Source: a virus (lineage: Duplodnaviria > Heunggongvirae > Uroviricota > Caudoviricetes). Taken from it: a stretch of DNA of 64,000 bases. Numbering within the stretch: the first letter of the stretch is position 1; the number at the start of each line of letters is the position of its first letter. The position numbers and the translations under genes are program-made. The notes beneath the pieces are model-generated. The model saw nothing but the letters and a program-made list of their open reading frames with translations. It ran no database searches and was not told the DNA's origin. The stretch lies in the IMG/VR virus record IMGVR_UViG_3300028666_000024, positions 64,001-128,000 of that record; one strand, given 5' to 3'. Shown here piece after piece: positions 28,543-39,042 of this stretch.

Positions 28543-30330
28543 TTAGAATCTCTTCTCCATGTATTTTCTTGCTTCTGTCAAAATAACAGTGTCATAGATT
28601 TTTGATTCTGAAGCACTCATTGCAGTTTGCATACCAACACCTTCAGGAGCACCAGTTCCCTCAGCACCTACTTCAGTCGTTGCAGGAACTTCAGGAGTAA
28701 CTTCACCGGGAATAGTTCCACCTCCCATAGCACCTCCCTGACCTTCAATACCAGCAGGAGGATTAACATTCTTTTTCTTTCCTACACCTGCCTTTGCCTT
28801 CGCTGCTTCTATTAAATCTGCATTTTTCTGATATTCTTCATCACTTATAAAAAGCATCCGTTTCATCACATACTCTTCGGCAAACATTCCTTCAAAATTA
28901 TTACTTGGTTTAGCAATGAAGGCATCTACTGAAGTTAATAAATTAATTTTTGATTCTGTCATTTCCATTTCTCGATATTCAGAGAAAAGATTTGACTTTG
29001 TAAACTCTATATCATACAATCCTAAATCAACATATTGTTCATCAAAACCTTTTATACGCAATTGAGAAATAAAAGCATCTAAAATCAAATATTTAAAACG
29101 TCTTTGTAATCTTTCAACGAACTTCATAAGTTTTATCTCTTCTCTTGTAACTTCAGAAGAGTTTTTACCTGTAGAATATCCAGCGGTTTTAGAATCTTCC
29201 CATCTTGCTTTAGGAATTTTCAAAGCTTTGTTAAGTTTTCCAAGAAAAAGTTTTATATCATCAATTTCATTCAAAAATCCTGTGCTCTCACCAAGAGTCG
29301 TAACTTCGGTTCCAGAATTATCTTCATTCTTCAAAAACCAATAATCTTCCGTTAAAGTCTGAATATTTGCGGCGGAATCAATATCTCCAGTTTGAGGATT
29401 ATAAATTACCTTCTTTCGAAACTTTTGAATTAAACCTTTCAAATATTCTTCAGATTTTCCCTTTGGCATCCTTCTTGTTGCAACATTCCAAAGTCTTCTC
29501 AGAGGAGCTTTGTTAATACGATAGATAACTAAAGAATCTTCAAGATTTTTCAATTGATTGTATGTTCTGATAGCAGGTTCAAGATAACCACGAACATCAA
29601 CAACATTTTCCCCTGATTGACCATAATTCACATAAGATACCTGATCTCTATCGAAAGGCATTACTGTTTCTTCTTTAGTACCCTTTACCTCAACTGAATT
29701 CTTATCTACAACACCTTCTTTACGAGTTTGAAGAAAAGCAACTATCTTGTTGTTTTCCATAACAGGAACCATAGAATGTGCTGGAAGAATCTTAATACCA
29801 ATGATAGAATTTGCTTTATCATTCAAAATCAATTCTACATAAAGTTCTGCCTCAACCAACCACTTCTTAAAAAAATCCCACCCACGCTCATTAAAAGCAA
29901 AAACCTCAGTCAGAAGATATTTCCACTCTTCCCGGATTTGTCTTTCAATGTTGCTCGGAAGTTCTTCTTTGATTGTGAGAGAAACAATATCTCCATTAGG
30001 ATTATCAACAATAGCTTCATCACAAAGCATATCAAGAGCATCAGAAATCTCAGGATATAAACTCATCTCCCTATACTTCATAATCCTTTGAACCTTATTT
30101 GCAAAGTAATTTTCAAAAGAAACACCTACATAAGAAGCAGCTTGATTAGAATTGAAAAGGTTTTCATAAGAAAGAAAATTTGATTTATCAAACTCTTCCT
30201 GTGACATACCCTGAGAATTCTTCATCTGCTGATATTCTAATGCATCCTCTTTTTCACGACCAGTCTGAAAGAACCTTGAAACGCGATTAAATGGAAAAAT
30301 GCGTGAGAAAATTGAATTACTTGTTGCCAT
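28543..30330 (-). CDS. gp20: Portal protein
   Basis: YREMSLYPEISDALD..CDEAIV, YLEPAIRTYNQLKNLEDSLVIYRI.KAP.RR, EDYWF, TLG, ITREE.K..KFVERLQRRF pattern. Confidence 0.95.
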   Translation of the reverse strand: MATSNSIFSRIFPFNRVSRFFQTGREKEDALEYQQMKNSQGMSQEEFDKSNFLSYENLFNSNQAASYVGVSFENYFANKVQRIMKYREMSLYPEISDALDMLCDEAIVDNPNGDIVSLTIKEELPSNIERQIREEWKYLLTEVFAFNERGWDFFKKWLVEAELYVELILNDKANSIIGIKILPAHSMVPVMENNKIVAFLQTRKEGVVDKNSVEVKGTKEETVMPFDRDQVSYVNYGQSGENVVDVRGYLEPAIRTYNQLKNLEDSLVIYRINKAPLRRLWNVATRRMPKGKSEEYLKGLIQKFRKKVIYNPQTGDIDSAANIQTLTEDYWFLKNEDNSGTEVTTLGESTGFLNEIDDIKLFLGKLNKALKIPKARWEDSKTAGYSTGKNSSEVTREEIKLMKFVERLQRRFKYLILDAFISQLRIKGFDEQYVDLGLYDIEFTKSNLFSEYREMEMTESKINLLTSVDAFIAKPSNNFEGMFAEEYVMKRMLFISDEEYQKNADLIEAAKAKAGVGKKKNVNPPAGIEGQGGAMGGGTIPGEVTPEVPATTEVGAEGTGAPEGVGMQTAMSASESKIYDTVILTEARKYMEKRF

Positions 30331-30333
30331 AAA

Positions 30334-30765
30334 TTATTTTCTTTCCTTGAGATATTCTGTAAAGTATTTATCCAAATAGATATCTACATCAACATCTTCC
30401 TTAACTTCTTTCTTCTTACATTTGAATCTTTTAAAAGTTCCAAATTTTGGTTTGTAAATATATGAATTACTATCTGATTTTCCATCTTTATATCCACCGG
30501 CTGATGTTGTAGTAATCGAACCAACATCTTCCTGCACCTGAACATCATCTGCAATATTTAATTTCTTTTTAACTGCTTCTAAAACCTTTGCATTAAACTT
30601 TCCAAGCAATTCATTTTTAGAATCTTCATTTTGTTCCTGTGTATATCTCTTGTAATCAGGATCTGAGGCTTTGAGAAGATCCGTTGTTTGATTCCAAATC
30701 TGTTCGACTGCTTCAGGACTCTTCTTTGAAAGGTCTGCTAACGATTGAATTTGTGATGTTGCCAT
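30334..30765 (-). CDS. Hypothetical protein
   Basis: Likely start MATSQ at 30765 after GGAG. Confidence 0.6.
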   Translation of the reverse strand: MATSQIQSLADLSKKSPEAVEQIWNQTTDLLKASDPDYKRYTQEQNEDSKNELLGKFNAKVLEAVKKKLNIADDVQVQEDVGSITTTSAGGYKDGKSDSNSYIYKPKFGTFKRFKCKKKEVKEDVDVDIYLDKYFTEYLKERK

Positions 30766-30797
30766 ATTATTTACTCCTATCAATTTTAACTTGTTCT

Positions 30798-31238
30798 TTA
30801 TCCATTTAAAATCTCCTTCTTTTCAACTTCTTTTTCAACTAAATATTCTAAATAATTTTCAAAAGAGATTCCAACATTTTCCAACTTCATTTTCATATCT
30901 CTTTCAATCTTTTGTAACTCAGCTCTCTGCATAACAGATCCACGAATTATCAACTTTGAATACATTGATCCTTCACCACCCATTGATAAAGTATATAGAA
31001 AACTTTGAAATATTAAAATTTTACTTCCTAAAAGTCTTCTCAACTTAAAAATAACTCTATCAAGTAAAGTCAATGCCATTCTCTCCTCATCTGTAGAAGG
31101 CTCCTTAATAACCTTACCAGCAGTATCAATTAAACCTAACTTGTGTGCTGGAGTTCTTACAAAAGGAGTTAATAACTTCTTCAGAAAAACAAAAGTTATA
31201 ATAGCATCAATATTGTTTCTTTGCTCTGAATTATTCAC
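30798..31238 (-). CDS. Conserved T4-like hypothetical protein (61.1-like)
   Basis: FVFLKKLLTPF...AHKLGLIDTAGKVIK..ST.EE..A pattern common in T4-like phages. Confidence 0.55.
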   Translation of the reverse strand: MNNSEQRNNIDAIITFVFLKKLLTPFVRTPAHKLGLIDTAGKVIKEPSTDEERMALTLLDRVIFKLRRLLGSKILIFQSFLYTLSMGGEGSMYSKLIIRGSVMQRAELQKIERDMKMKLENVGISFENYLEYLVEKEVEKKEILNG

Positions 31239-31274
31239 AAATATCCTTTTATTAAATCTTTAATGAAAATTTTA

Positions 31275-31448
31275 TTAACTAACTACAGTTGCACTCGTCG
31301 CTATAGTAGTTGGTTCACCCTGCACAAATATCTTATCAACAATCAAATTTCCTGAACCATCAACATACGAAACAAATGCATATTGACCATCACCAACAAT
31401 TGAACATATTGTAACACTTGAACCATTATAAGTCGCTGTAACATTCAT
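31275..31448 (-). CDS. 57-aa beta-rich protein (not in ORF track)
   Basis: MNVTATYNGSSVTICSIVGDGQYAF..; TAGGAG RBS; fills the gap exactly. Confidence 0.6.
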   Translation of the reverse strand: MNVTATYNGSSVTICSIVGDGQYAFVSYVDGSGNLIVDKIFVQGEPTTIATSATVVS

Positions 31449-31457
31449 AATATTCTC

Positions 31458-32216
31458 CTATTTTAAAATTTCATACATTATAAAACAACCAACTGATAAA
31501 CTTCCAATTATTTCAATCTTATCTTTCAAAGTAAAAAATGGAATCTTTGCAACCATTACAGGAGTATTTACATTCAAAAATCCTGCATTAATCTTTGTAA
31601 ATTTTATATAAGGATAACTTGAACTTGCTCCAGCTTCCAACCGATTATCTTTATTTTTATGAATATCTATTGTCAAAATCGTATTGATAATATCTGTATC
31701 AATTGTTGTTGTTCCGGGAAGTACAATATTATCCTTCAAAGAAAAATTACTATATCCTGAAATTTTTCTTGACCATGTTGAATCCTCTTTAATAGATTTA
31801 AAATTCAAAGTATATTCTCCAGTAGATTTTTTTGAAGAATCTATTGTATTATTTGTTGTTGTTGATGGTGTAGAAAGAATAGTATTTGCCTCAACAACAC
31901 TAATAGGTTTTAAACCAGACTTTTGAAGATTTAAAATTTTTTCTTGTAAAGTTTTTGAAAATTCTGTTGCCTTGTTTGTTGCTGATACTTGAACTAATAT
32001 CTCTGATTGAAGTTGACCGTTTTCTAAAGTCTTAATTCGAACAGTATCTTTAGAAGCTGCAAAATTTTGTTCTGTAATAGCTTTGGCATTCTGAAGACTT
32101 TTAATCTTCTCATTTTGATATACATTACAAGTAATCAAACTCAAAATAATAATAATAACAATATACCAAACATACTTCTTAATATTTGCAATTGTTATAT
32201 ATTTTAAAAAGTTCAT
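31458..32216 (-). CDS. Spanin-like membrane protein
   Basis: N-terminal TM helix, coiled coil and hydrophobic C-terminus; third gene of the lysis cassette. Confidence 0.5.
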   Translation of the reverse strand: MNFLKYITIANIKKYVWYIVIIIILSLITCNVYQNEKIKSLQNAKAITEQNFAASKDTVRIKTLENGQLQSEILVQVSATNKATEFSKTLQEKILNLQKSGLKPISVVEANTILSTPSTTTNNTIDSSKKSTGEYTLNFKSIKEDSTWSRKISGYSNFSLKDNIVLPGTTTIDTDIINTILTIDIHKNKDNRLEAGASSSYPYIKFTKINAGFLNVNTPVMVAKIPFFTLKDKIEIIGSLSVGCFIMYEILK

Positions 32217-32539
32217 TATTTATCCTCACCAGTCGCTTTATCAATATCATCTGATACCTTACCAAATACTCCCTTTAGTCTTTCGGGAACCTTATCCTTT
32301 AATGTCTTAATTCCTCCAGTTAATCCTAACGTGACAAAATATGCACCAATTATTGAAGCGGGAATCACAGCAGCAACATGTGTTGCAATTGTTAAACCTA
32401 CAAATGTTCCCCAAAGTGCAAGAGTTGATAATGTTGACGAAAATACAAAAATTACCTTACTTGCATCCCACTGATCTATTAAATTACCTTTGTCGTCTGA
32501 CTTTTTTAACATATCTGAAATTTTTTTTAAAATATTCAT
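32216..32539 (-). CDS. Holin-like protein (2 TM)
   Basis: Two hydrophobic segments and a charged tail; directly after the endolysin. Confidence 0.65.
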   Translation of the reverse strand: MNILKKISDMLKKSDDKGNLIDQWDASKVIFVFSSTLSTLALWGTFVGLTIATHVAAVIPASIIGAYFVTLGLTGGIKTLKDKVPERLKGVFGKVSDDIDKATGEDK

Positions 32540-32549
32540 AATTCTTCCT

Positions 32550-33077
32550 TTAAAATTTATTTAAAAAATTGTAAAGATTGTTAATTCTATTTTCCCAACC
32601 ATTTAAAAAAATTGATTGAGAAGAGTCTTTTTCAACTATTTCTTTGTAAAAATCTCTTCGCTCTTGTAATAAAACCGCTTCAAGTGTGATGTTTGTTTGA
32701 TTAGCTGCTTGAATTGTTCCTGAACCAATAATACCATCAATTTGATTTTTTGGAAATCCTAATGCTCTCTGTAAAAGAATACCCGCTTCACCACATCCTG
32801 AATTAACAGATGTATCAAAAATAACTATATCAATCTTATCTGGTAACTGATCACATTTACATTTATCCCAATAAAATGTTTTATACAAATCTAACATCTC
32901 TACATTAGACATTAAAGAAACAGATTGTTGTGATAATTTCTTAATATCTCGATAAGTATCATAGACCGATTGAGTAACACCATGATTTGTTGCACCACCA
33001 TGATCGTTTACTTTGTTTGACCACCCACCCTCAGTCGGCATCAAAAAATCCATACCTTTAGTAAAATTATCTTGCAT
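32550..33077 (-). CDS. Endolysin, glycoside hydrolase family 108 with peptidoglycan-binding domain
   Basis: TEGGWSN..NDHGGATNHGVT, FD.SVNSG, LQRALG..DGIIG.GT, FLNGWENR. Confidence 0.9.
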   Translation of the reverse strand: MQDNFTKGMDFLMPTEGGWSNKVNDHGGATNHGVTQSVYDTYRDIKKLSQQSVSLMSNVEMLDLYKTFYWDKCKCDQLPDKIDIVIFDTSVNSGCGEAGILLQRALGFPKNQIDGIIGSGTIQAANQTNITLEAVLLQERRDFYKEIVEKDSSQSIFLNGWENRINNLYNFLNKF

Positions 33078-33096
33078 AATCTTATCTCCTTAGAAG

Positions 33097-33104
33097 TATT
33101 TATA
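33097..33104 (-). promoter_or_regulatory. T4-type late promoter (lysis cassette)
   Basis: Exact TATAAATA upstream of the endolysin. Confidence 0.8.
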
Positions 33105-33124
33105 ATAATTGAAATGATAATGGT

Positions 33125-36100
33125 TTAAAGAAAAAATCTTGCTTTTTGTATCGCTGTAAGTCCTGTAGATGTTCCAGACTGTGATCCCCAAATCAATCCA
33201 CCAGTTGCACTATTTGTAATTGAATAGGTATATGCCATATAAACAGCAGATCTTACAATATTAGAAATTCTTAATTCATCTATTAGACCATTAAACTTTT
33301 GAGAATGTGGACTATCTGTAAGTGATCCAACATTATTATTTGCAGGAGTTCCAGTTGTATTAAGAGTATAACTACCTGTGTTATTTTGTGCTCCATTTAC
33401 ATATAATATTGGAGTATTTGCACCACCATACGTTGCTGCCACATGATACCATGTAGTATTTGAAAGTGTGTTAAATGTTCCAGTCGATGTCAAAGTTGAA
33501 CTACCAAGGTAGAATTTTAATTGATTGCTTAACCCATCACTAATACCAGTTACCCATCCATGAGAGGCAGATACTATATAATTAGCGAATATAGTTCTTG
33601 CTGACTGCGTTGCATTTAGATATATCCAATGTTCACAAGTAAAATTTGTTATGGCCCCAACAAAGTTTGGAGTATCAATCCATCTTGAACTTGCTCCATC
33701 AAATGATGCTGCACCACCAATTTTTCCGGCAGAGGAAGGGGTAGAACCATTATTGGTCATTGTATTCTTACCAGTCGAATCTACAATACTTAAAGTTGAC
33801 GCTGAACCCATATGCATCACCAACAAGTAATTATCATTCCATGTCCTTTGTGGGTTTGTTTGTGTACTTGCTGTACCGCAACCATAAAAACAAACTATTG
33901 TTGTTGTTCCTGTAGATATGTATGGAATATTAACCCAAAATTGTGCAGTAGCAACACCACCTGATACAGAACCAGATTCTTTTTCAGCATATAATAAATT
34001 TCCAACATTATCAGTAAATCTAAGATCACTAAGGTCAGATTTACAAACACCCCCTATATTAGAATCAGTAATTGGAACCGATATTGCATATTGTGTTAAA
34101 ATTCCAGTTGGTGTTGTTAGTGTAATTGTTTTATTATTAGTATAGCTATTTCCATCAACTGTCCAAGGACCAGAACCTGATACACTTGGTGTTATAGTTT
34201 TAGATTGGGTGATTGTATATCCATTGAAATTTACTAATCCAGTAACGATAGTATAGTTAAGGCAAGATATACTGGCACCAAGCGTAACTGTTAAATTGGT
34301 AGTAGCTTTGAAGTTGATTGTTCCCCAAGAAGCACTAGTGTAGGTTACAGTTGATGTGGATGTTACATTCCATATCTCAGACCCAGCAACAATAGTATGC
34401 GTTGATCCTATTACTACATTTCCAGAAGAATTGATTGTGCAAGTTCCAAAATTTTGAGTGCAAGTTCCGGTATTATAGGAACTACCATCATAAGAAGTAC
34501 AGGTTATTGCACTTCCTCGATAATAGTAATAAGTATTTCCAGCAGCATTATTTGTACCTACCCTGAAAACCCCACAAGAAATTGTCTGTCCATTAAAGTC
34601 AATTGTAACTCCGGCAGAGGCGTTATTTACATATAACATTGTAGTGCATGAAAAGGTTCCCATAAATGTTATGCTTGAATTTGTATATGGGGATATTTGA
34701 ATGTTACCAGCACCAGTATAGGATAATGTTGGTATATTTGTAGTCAGGTTAGCACTATACGCTTGCAGACTAACCAAGCCTGAACCGTTCCATACTGACC
34801 CTGTTGACGTAGAATAAAATGGAGTTGATGAGGTTTGTTGAAATTGTGTTGTTGCATTCTGCGTGAACGTTGCATTGCTTCCTATTGCAATACAAACTAC
34901 GGAAGTAACTGGCCTGATATTTACCAATGTTCCTACAAGGGTAGCACTACAACTATTATTTATAATAAAATTAGAGTATACAGCAGTCGCTCTGTAATCA
35001 GCAAACACACAACCCGTACCGTTATAGGTTACAACAGTACTAGTCGAGGTGACAGTAGCATTTGGGATGGTTACTGTTCCACTATTAAATGCTATACCAT
35101 TGCCTAAATTTCTCGTTCCACCTAAATCGATTGTTGATGGATAAGCAACTGATAAAGTTTGCCCACTAATAGACCAAGTGTTAGTATGACCTGCTGTGCA
35201 TATAATAGACCCAACAGTAAGTCCAGCAGTTGATATAGCATTAACAGAAACTGTTCCATTAAATAGTAAAACATCCGTTGATAGTAGAGCACCTGAACCC
35301 GTATAATTAGTACTGAGGTTCATATCGGTACTACCACCAGAGTTCCACGTCCTTACAGTATATTGTGAAAGCTGAAATATTGAATAACCGTTATAGGTTA
35401 CTGCTCCTGTAATTGTGAAGGCATTACAATACACTGCACTATTGAGTGTAACTGTTTTACCAGATGCGATAGAAATGTTATAGAATAAGGAACCATATGT
35501 ATATAATGTACAATTATTAGTTAAGTTAATCGTCGATGTTCCGCAATAAATATAATTATTGGATGCGTATGATCTAAAAGTACTACTACAATTAATAGTA
35601 CAGGAATCAAAATAATAGTAAGTTGCGCCAGTATTATATGAATTCATATAAAACGATGCGCATGTTATTGTCCCCGATCTGAAATGGAAAGTTGTAGATT
35701 GAAATCCGTTGTTACCGAGTGTTAAAGTAGCACAATTAATGTTATAAGTGTTTAAATCTATATTAGTTGTATACGTTGTCGGGGTATATATATCTACAAT
35801 ACCAGCAGTAGATAGATTTCCTGTAAGCTTTATAGTTGATGAGGCTGCATTTGGATTAATCGTTATCTCTAAATTTGATAAAGTTGTAAATGCAGGTATA
35901 GTAGAAGTGCCAGATACATTACCATACATAAACAGAGTAGCTATTGTACCAGTCCATGTATATGTACCCAAGAATGAAAAGAAATCAGATGCTGAGGTGT
36001 TAGTCAGTACAATTGTTACACCCGTATGAACAAGTGTTGCTGCATTACCTAATGTAATAAGGGGACCACCTCCGGTAAAGGACGGAGCCTGACCTGTAAA

Positions 36101-36541
36101 AGTTATTGACATACTTGCATTGACAGTTAATGATAGATATACGGCATTCGATGTTCTGTTTTCTGTCCAAGTGCATCCAGTACCATTACAAATTATTGCA
36201 CAGGAGGTTGTAGTCATAACAGCATTAGCTATTGTAAATGTAATACTGTTGCCATTCAACGTAACACCATTACCAAGGTTTCTTGTCCCATTACCATTAA
36301 TAATAGAAGTTGCAGCTACAGTTAGCGCATAACCTCCCATTGACCATGTTCCAGTATGCCCTGTAGTAACTGAAACAGAATTGCAGGATAAACCAGCGGT
36401 AGCAGTAGCATTTGCAATAGAAGATGTTCCATCAAATGATAAATCCCACGTAGACATGGCACCAGTACCACCAGTATAATTACCAGAGGCACACATGTCA
36501 CCATTTGATAATGCATTTGTCCATTTAGCTGTATTTGCCAT
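33125..36541 (-). CDS. Large adhesin/fibre-like virion protein with beta-helix-like repeats, DUF2341-like and LamG/concanavalin-like domains
   Basis: T/S/G/N-rich; DLSDLRFTD..FWVNIP..I..FYG; GKIGGAASFDG, WYHVAATY, FNGLIDELRISNIVRS. Confidence 0.7.
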   Translation of the reverse strand: MANTAKWTNALSNGDMCASGNYTGGTGAMSTWDLSFDGTSSIANATATAGLSCNSVSVTTGHTGTWSMGGYALTVAATSIINGNGTRNLGNGVTLNGNSITFTIANAVMTTTSCAIICNGTGCTWTENRTSNAVYLSLTVNASMSITFTGQAPSFTGGGPLITLGNAATLVHTGVTIVLTNTSASDFFSFLGTYTWTGTIATLFMYGNVSGTSTIPAFTTLSNLEITINPNAASSTIKLTGNLSTAGIVDIYTPTTYTTNIDLNTYNINCATLTLGNNGFQSTTFHFRSGTITCASFYMNSYNTGATYYYFDSCTINCSSTFRSYASNNYIYCGTSTINLTNNCTLYTYGSLFYNISIASGKTVTLNSAVYCNAFTITGAVTYNGYSIFQLSQYTVRTWNSGGSTDMNLSTNYTGSGALLSTDVLLFNGTVSVNAISTAGLTVGSIICTAGHTNTWSISGQTLSVAYPSTIDLGGTRNLGNGIAFNSGTVTIPNATVTSTSTVVTYNGTGCVFADYRATAVYSNFIINNSCSATLVGTLVNIRPVTSVVCIAIGSNATFTQNATTQFQQTSSTPFYSTSTGSVWNGSGLVSLQAYSANLTTNIPTLSYTGAGNIQISPYTNSSITFMGTFSCTTMLYVNNASAGVTIDFNGQTISCGVFRVGTNNAAGNTYYYYRGSAITCTSYDGSSYNTGTCTQNFGTCTINSSGNVVIGSTHTIVAGSEIWNVTSTSTVTYTSASWGTINFKATTNLTVTLGASISCLNYTIVTGLVNFNGYTITQSKTITPSVSGSGPWTVDGNSYTNNKTITLTTPTGILTQYAISVPITDSNIGGVCKSDLSDLRFTDNVGNLLYAEKESGSVSGGVATAQFWVNIPYISTGTTTIVCFYGCGTASTQTNPQRTWNDNYLLVMHMGSASTLSIVDSTGKNTMTNNGSTPSSAGKIGGAASFDGASSRWIDTPNFVGAITNFTCEHWIYLNATQSARTIFANYIVSASHGWVTGISDGLSNQLKFYLGSSTLTSTGTFNTLSNTTWYHVAATYGGANTPILYVNGAQNNTGSYTLNTTGTPANNNVGSLTDSPHSQKFNGLIDELRISNIVRSAVYMAYTYSITNSATGGLIWGSQSGTSTGLTAIQKARFFL

Positions 36542-36542
36542 A

Positions 36543-39026
36543 TTAGAATCCTGCTGGATCTTGTGCTAATAAATACCAATTAGTACCAAAATAAATAAAC
36601 TTTAAAAACATAGGTTTTCCTGCAACAGTTGTTGTTGGTAATGGAAGATTTGTTCCTGCCTTAAAAATAATATTCCATCCTAATGTTTGTGCTCCACCAT
36701 TATCTAAAATAGCAATAAGTAATTCATTTCCTGTAATTGGTGATCCTGATGGAATTCCAAATGTTGTTCCCGCAGAAAGAGCAGTTATTTCAAAATAATT
36801 ATCTTGTGAACTACCTACAGGAACAGGAGAAGCAGATGTTGTTATACTTGTTCTTGTCCATGTCTTTGCACCAGCAGGAGAATACAAAGAATTTAAAAGT
36901 GTTGTAAATTCTCCATAAGTAATATGTTTCAATATATTAGATGCAGAGATATCACTTATAGCAATACAATCCCCACTAACAAGAGTTGATTTATCTGTCG
37001 CTCCGTTAATAAGAGTTCCAATTGTATTTGCTGTTTCATTTCCTGTATTTGTTCCAGATGTATTTCCCATTATTGTTTTTTGTGCAGTTGTTAATAAATG
37101 GGTATTTGTTCCGTCAGAAATATCATCACATGTTAATGTTATATCTGCTGAAAGAGAATGATTATTTATTTGTCTACTTGTTGGAACAGCGCCAACATCT
37201 CCTGCCACAGCACCTGTTTTATTTATCTTACTCCATGCAATTGCTGCACCACTTGCAACTTTAACATCTGTAACTGTTCCATCTGTAGGTGTTCTTGTAT
37301 CAGTAAGACGAGAATCACCAGAACTTACAAGTCCTCCATGTGCAGATGTTGTTAAATTAGAATGTGTTGTTAAATTACTTTGCACAGTAGATGCAGAACC
37401 AGAAGTGTCAAATGCACCAGCAGCATATGTTGAAGCAGTTCCTAATGAGTCTATTGCTGTTTTTTCTGCGTCTGTGCAATATCTTTTATTTAAACTATCT
37501 GCTATATCTGAGGTTGTTGTATTTGAACCGGAAGTAATAATACCATCTGTTCCATAAGTAATTTTAGTATAAGTTGCCCCGGTTATTGGTGTGTGTGCAG
37601 TTTGATAATATGAAGGTAATTGACCACCAAGTTTTGCACTATCTGTTGCTTGTGAAAGTATTCCTAAATATGTTGCTGCTAAATTTAAAGAAGTTATTAA
37701 TGAAGATGCTGTACCGGCAGATTCAAATGTTGAAGAATTATATCCACTATCACTTATTAATGTTCCACTTCCATCAGTAAAATAACAAAAATTTCCAGTT
37801 GTTGATGATGAAGGACCGATAACTGCACCGTCAATATTTGTTCTAACAACAGAAAAATTAGATCCAACATCAGATTCTATTCCACCAACACTATTAGTAA
37901 TACAAATAAGTAAATCAAGATTTTTACAAACATGTCCTGAAGATCCACCTATTTTTCCTCCCGGTGACAACTTCCAAACCCAACCAACAGAGGCAGGAGG
38001 ATAATTAGGATTTGAACTGCAATCTAAAACTCCTTGAAAAGTAAGTGCTCCGTTTGAATTTAAAAGATTATTAATAAGATTTGTTAAAGATACAACTTGA
38101 GAATATAAAAGTTTTGCAGAAGGATATTGAGTATCTGTAGAACCAGAAGTAATTGTTGTAACTTTATTTATAATATTTTCTGAATTAATTATATCTGTTG
38201 CTGAAAGAATTATATCAGCACTAAGACTTTTATTATTAATATTACGAGTTATTGGAACACCACCAAGACCAGATAATGTTGGAAGAATCTGATCTCCAGT
38301 ATTTACTCCGGAAAGATTGGTTATAGCAGTTACTTGTATATCTGTTATTCCAAGTAATGATTCCACAGAAGATTTTGAAAAACCACTTGATAGTAAATAA
38401 TTTGATAATTTTCTAATTGTTCCATCTGAGATATTATCAAGAGTTGTTCCTACTGGTAATCCACCAAGACTAGATAATGTTATAGTTGCTGCTGCACTTG
38501 TCGCTGCACCAGAAGGATCTGCATTAACATCAAGATATGTTAAATTAATATCAGCACTAAGACTTTTATTATTAATATTACGAGTTATTGGAACACCACC
38601 AAGACCAGATAATGTTGGAAGAATCTGATCTCCAGTATTTACTCCGGAAAGATTTGAAAGAGATTGAATATTTCCAGAAGTTACATTTAAAAGATTTTCA
38701 ATATCTTGTAAATTTTTTGGATTTGAGTTCCATTGATTTATTTCAGCACTTGTTATAGTATGTGCAGGTGATGCTGAAAAAATAGGATCTGATTCTTCAA
38801 AAGTTAAAACTGGTAATGTAAAATTTAATATTGCTGAAGTTGAAGTTCCTACATTAACAACCGAAGCAGAAGTTCCAGATAATACGGTTCCTATTTGAAT
38901 TGTTGCTGCAAGACCGGGAGAACCACTAAGAACACCTATTCCCGGATATGTAGGATAGAGTTCATCAGGTAAAGAATTAAGAGCAAAAATATCATCGGCA
39001 CTTAGGAAAAAATTTAAATCACTCAT
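36543..39026 (-). CDS. Tail-fibre-like protein
   Basis: IGTV.SG..ASV.N.GT.T.AILNFTLP, ESDP.F.AS, TITGATYTKITY..DG.IT.G, SGVNTGDQ fibre modules. Confidence 0.7.
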   Translation of the reverse strand: MSDLNFFLSADDIFALNSLPDELYPTYPGIGVLSGSPGLAATIQIGTVLSGTSASVVNVGTSTSAILNFTLPVLTFEESDPIFSASPAHTITSAEINQWNSNPKNLQDIENLLNVTSGNIQSLSNLSGVNTGDQILPTLSGLGGVPITRNINNKSLSADINLTYLDVNADPSGAATSAAATITLSSLGGLPVGTTLDNISDGTIRKLSNYLLSSGFSKSSVESLLGITDIQVTAITNLSGVNTGDQILPTLSGLGGVPITRNINNKSLSADIILSATDIINSENIINKVTTITSGSTDTQYPSAKLLYSQVVSLTNLINNLLNSNGALTFQGVLDCSSNPNYPPASVGWVWKLSPGGKIGGSSGHVCKNLDLLICITNSVGGIESDVGSNFSVVRTNIDGAVIGPSSSTTGNFCYFTDGSGTLISDSGYNSSTFESAGTASSLITSLNLAATYLGILSQATDSAKLGGQLPSYYQTAHTPITGATYTKITYGTDGIITSGSNTTTSDIADSLNKRYCTDAEKTAIDSLGTASTYAAGAFDTSGSASTVQSNLTTHSNLTTSAHGGLVSSGDSRLTDTRTPTDGTVTDVKVASGAAIAWSKINKTGAVAGDVGAVPTSRQINNHSLSADITLTCDDISDGTNTHLLTTAQKTIMGNTSGTNTGNETANTIGTLINGATDKSTLVSGDCIAISDISASNILKHITYGEFTTLLNSLYSPAGAKTWTRTSITTSASPVPVGSSQDNYFEITALSAGTTFGIPSGSPITGNELLIAILDNGGAQTLGWNIIFKAGTNLPLPTTTVAGKPMFLKFIYFGTNWYLLAQDPAGF
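38212..38654. repeat. 107-bp perfect direct repeat (38212-38318 and 38548-38654)
   Basis: Identical DNA encoding NLSGVNTGDQILPTLSGLGGVPITRNINNKSLSADI, 336 bp apart. Confidence 0.92.
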
Positions 39027-39042
39027 TTAAAATCCTAACTAA

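Noticed and set aside
33125-39026. Diversity-generating retroelement acting on fibre genes
   Set aside because: No reverse transcriptase in the window; the 107-bp repeat is perfect, not adenine-mutated
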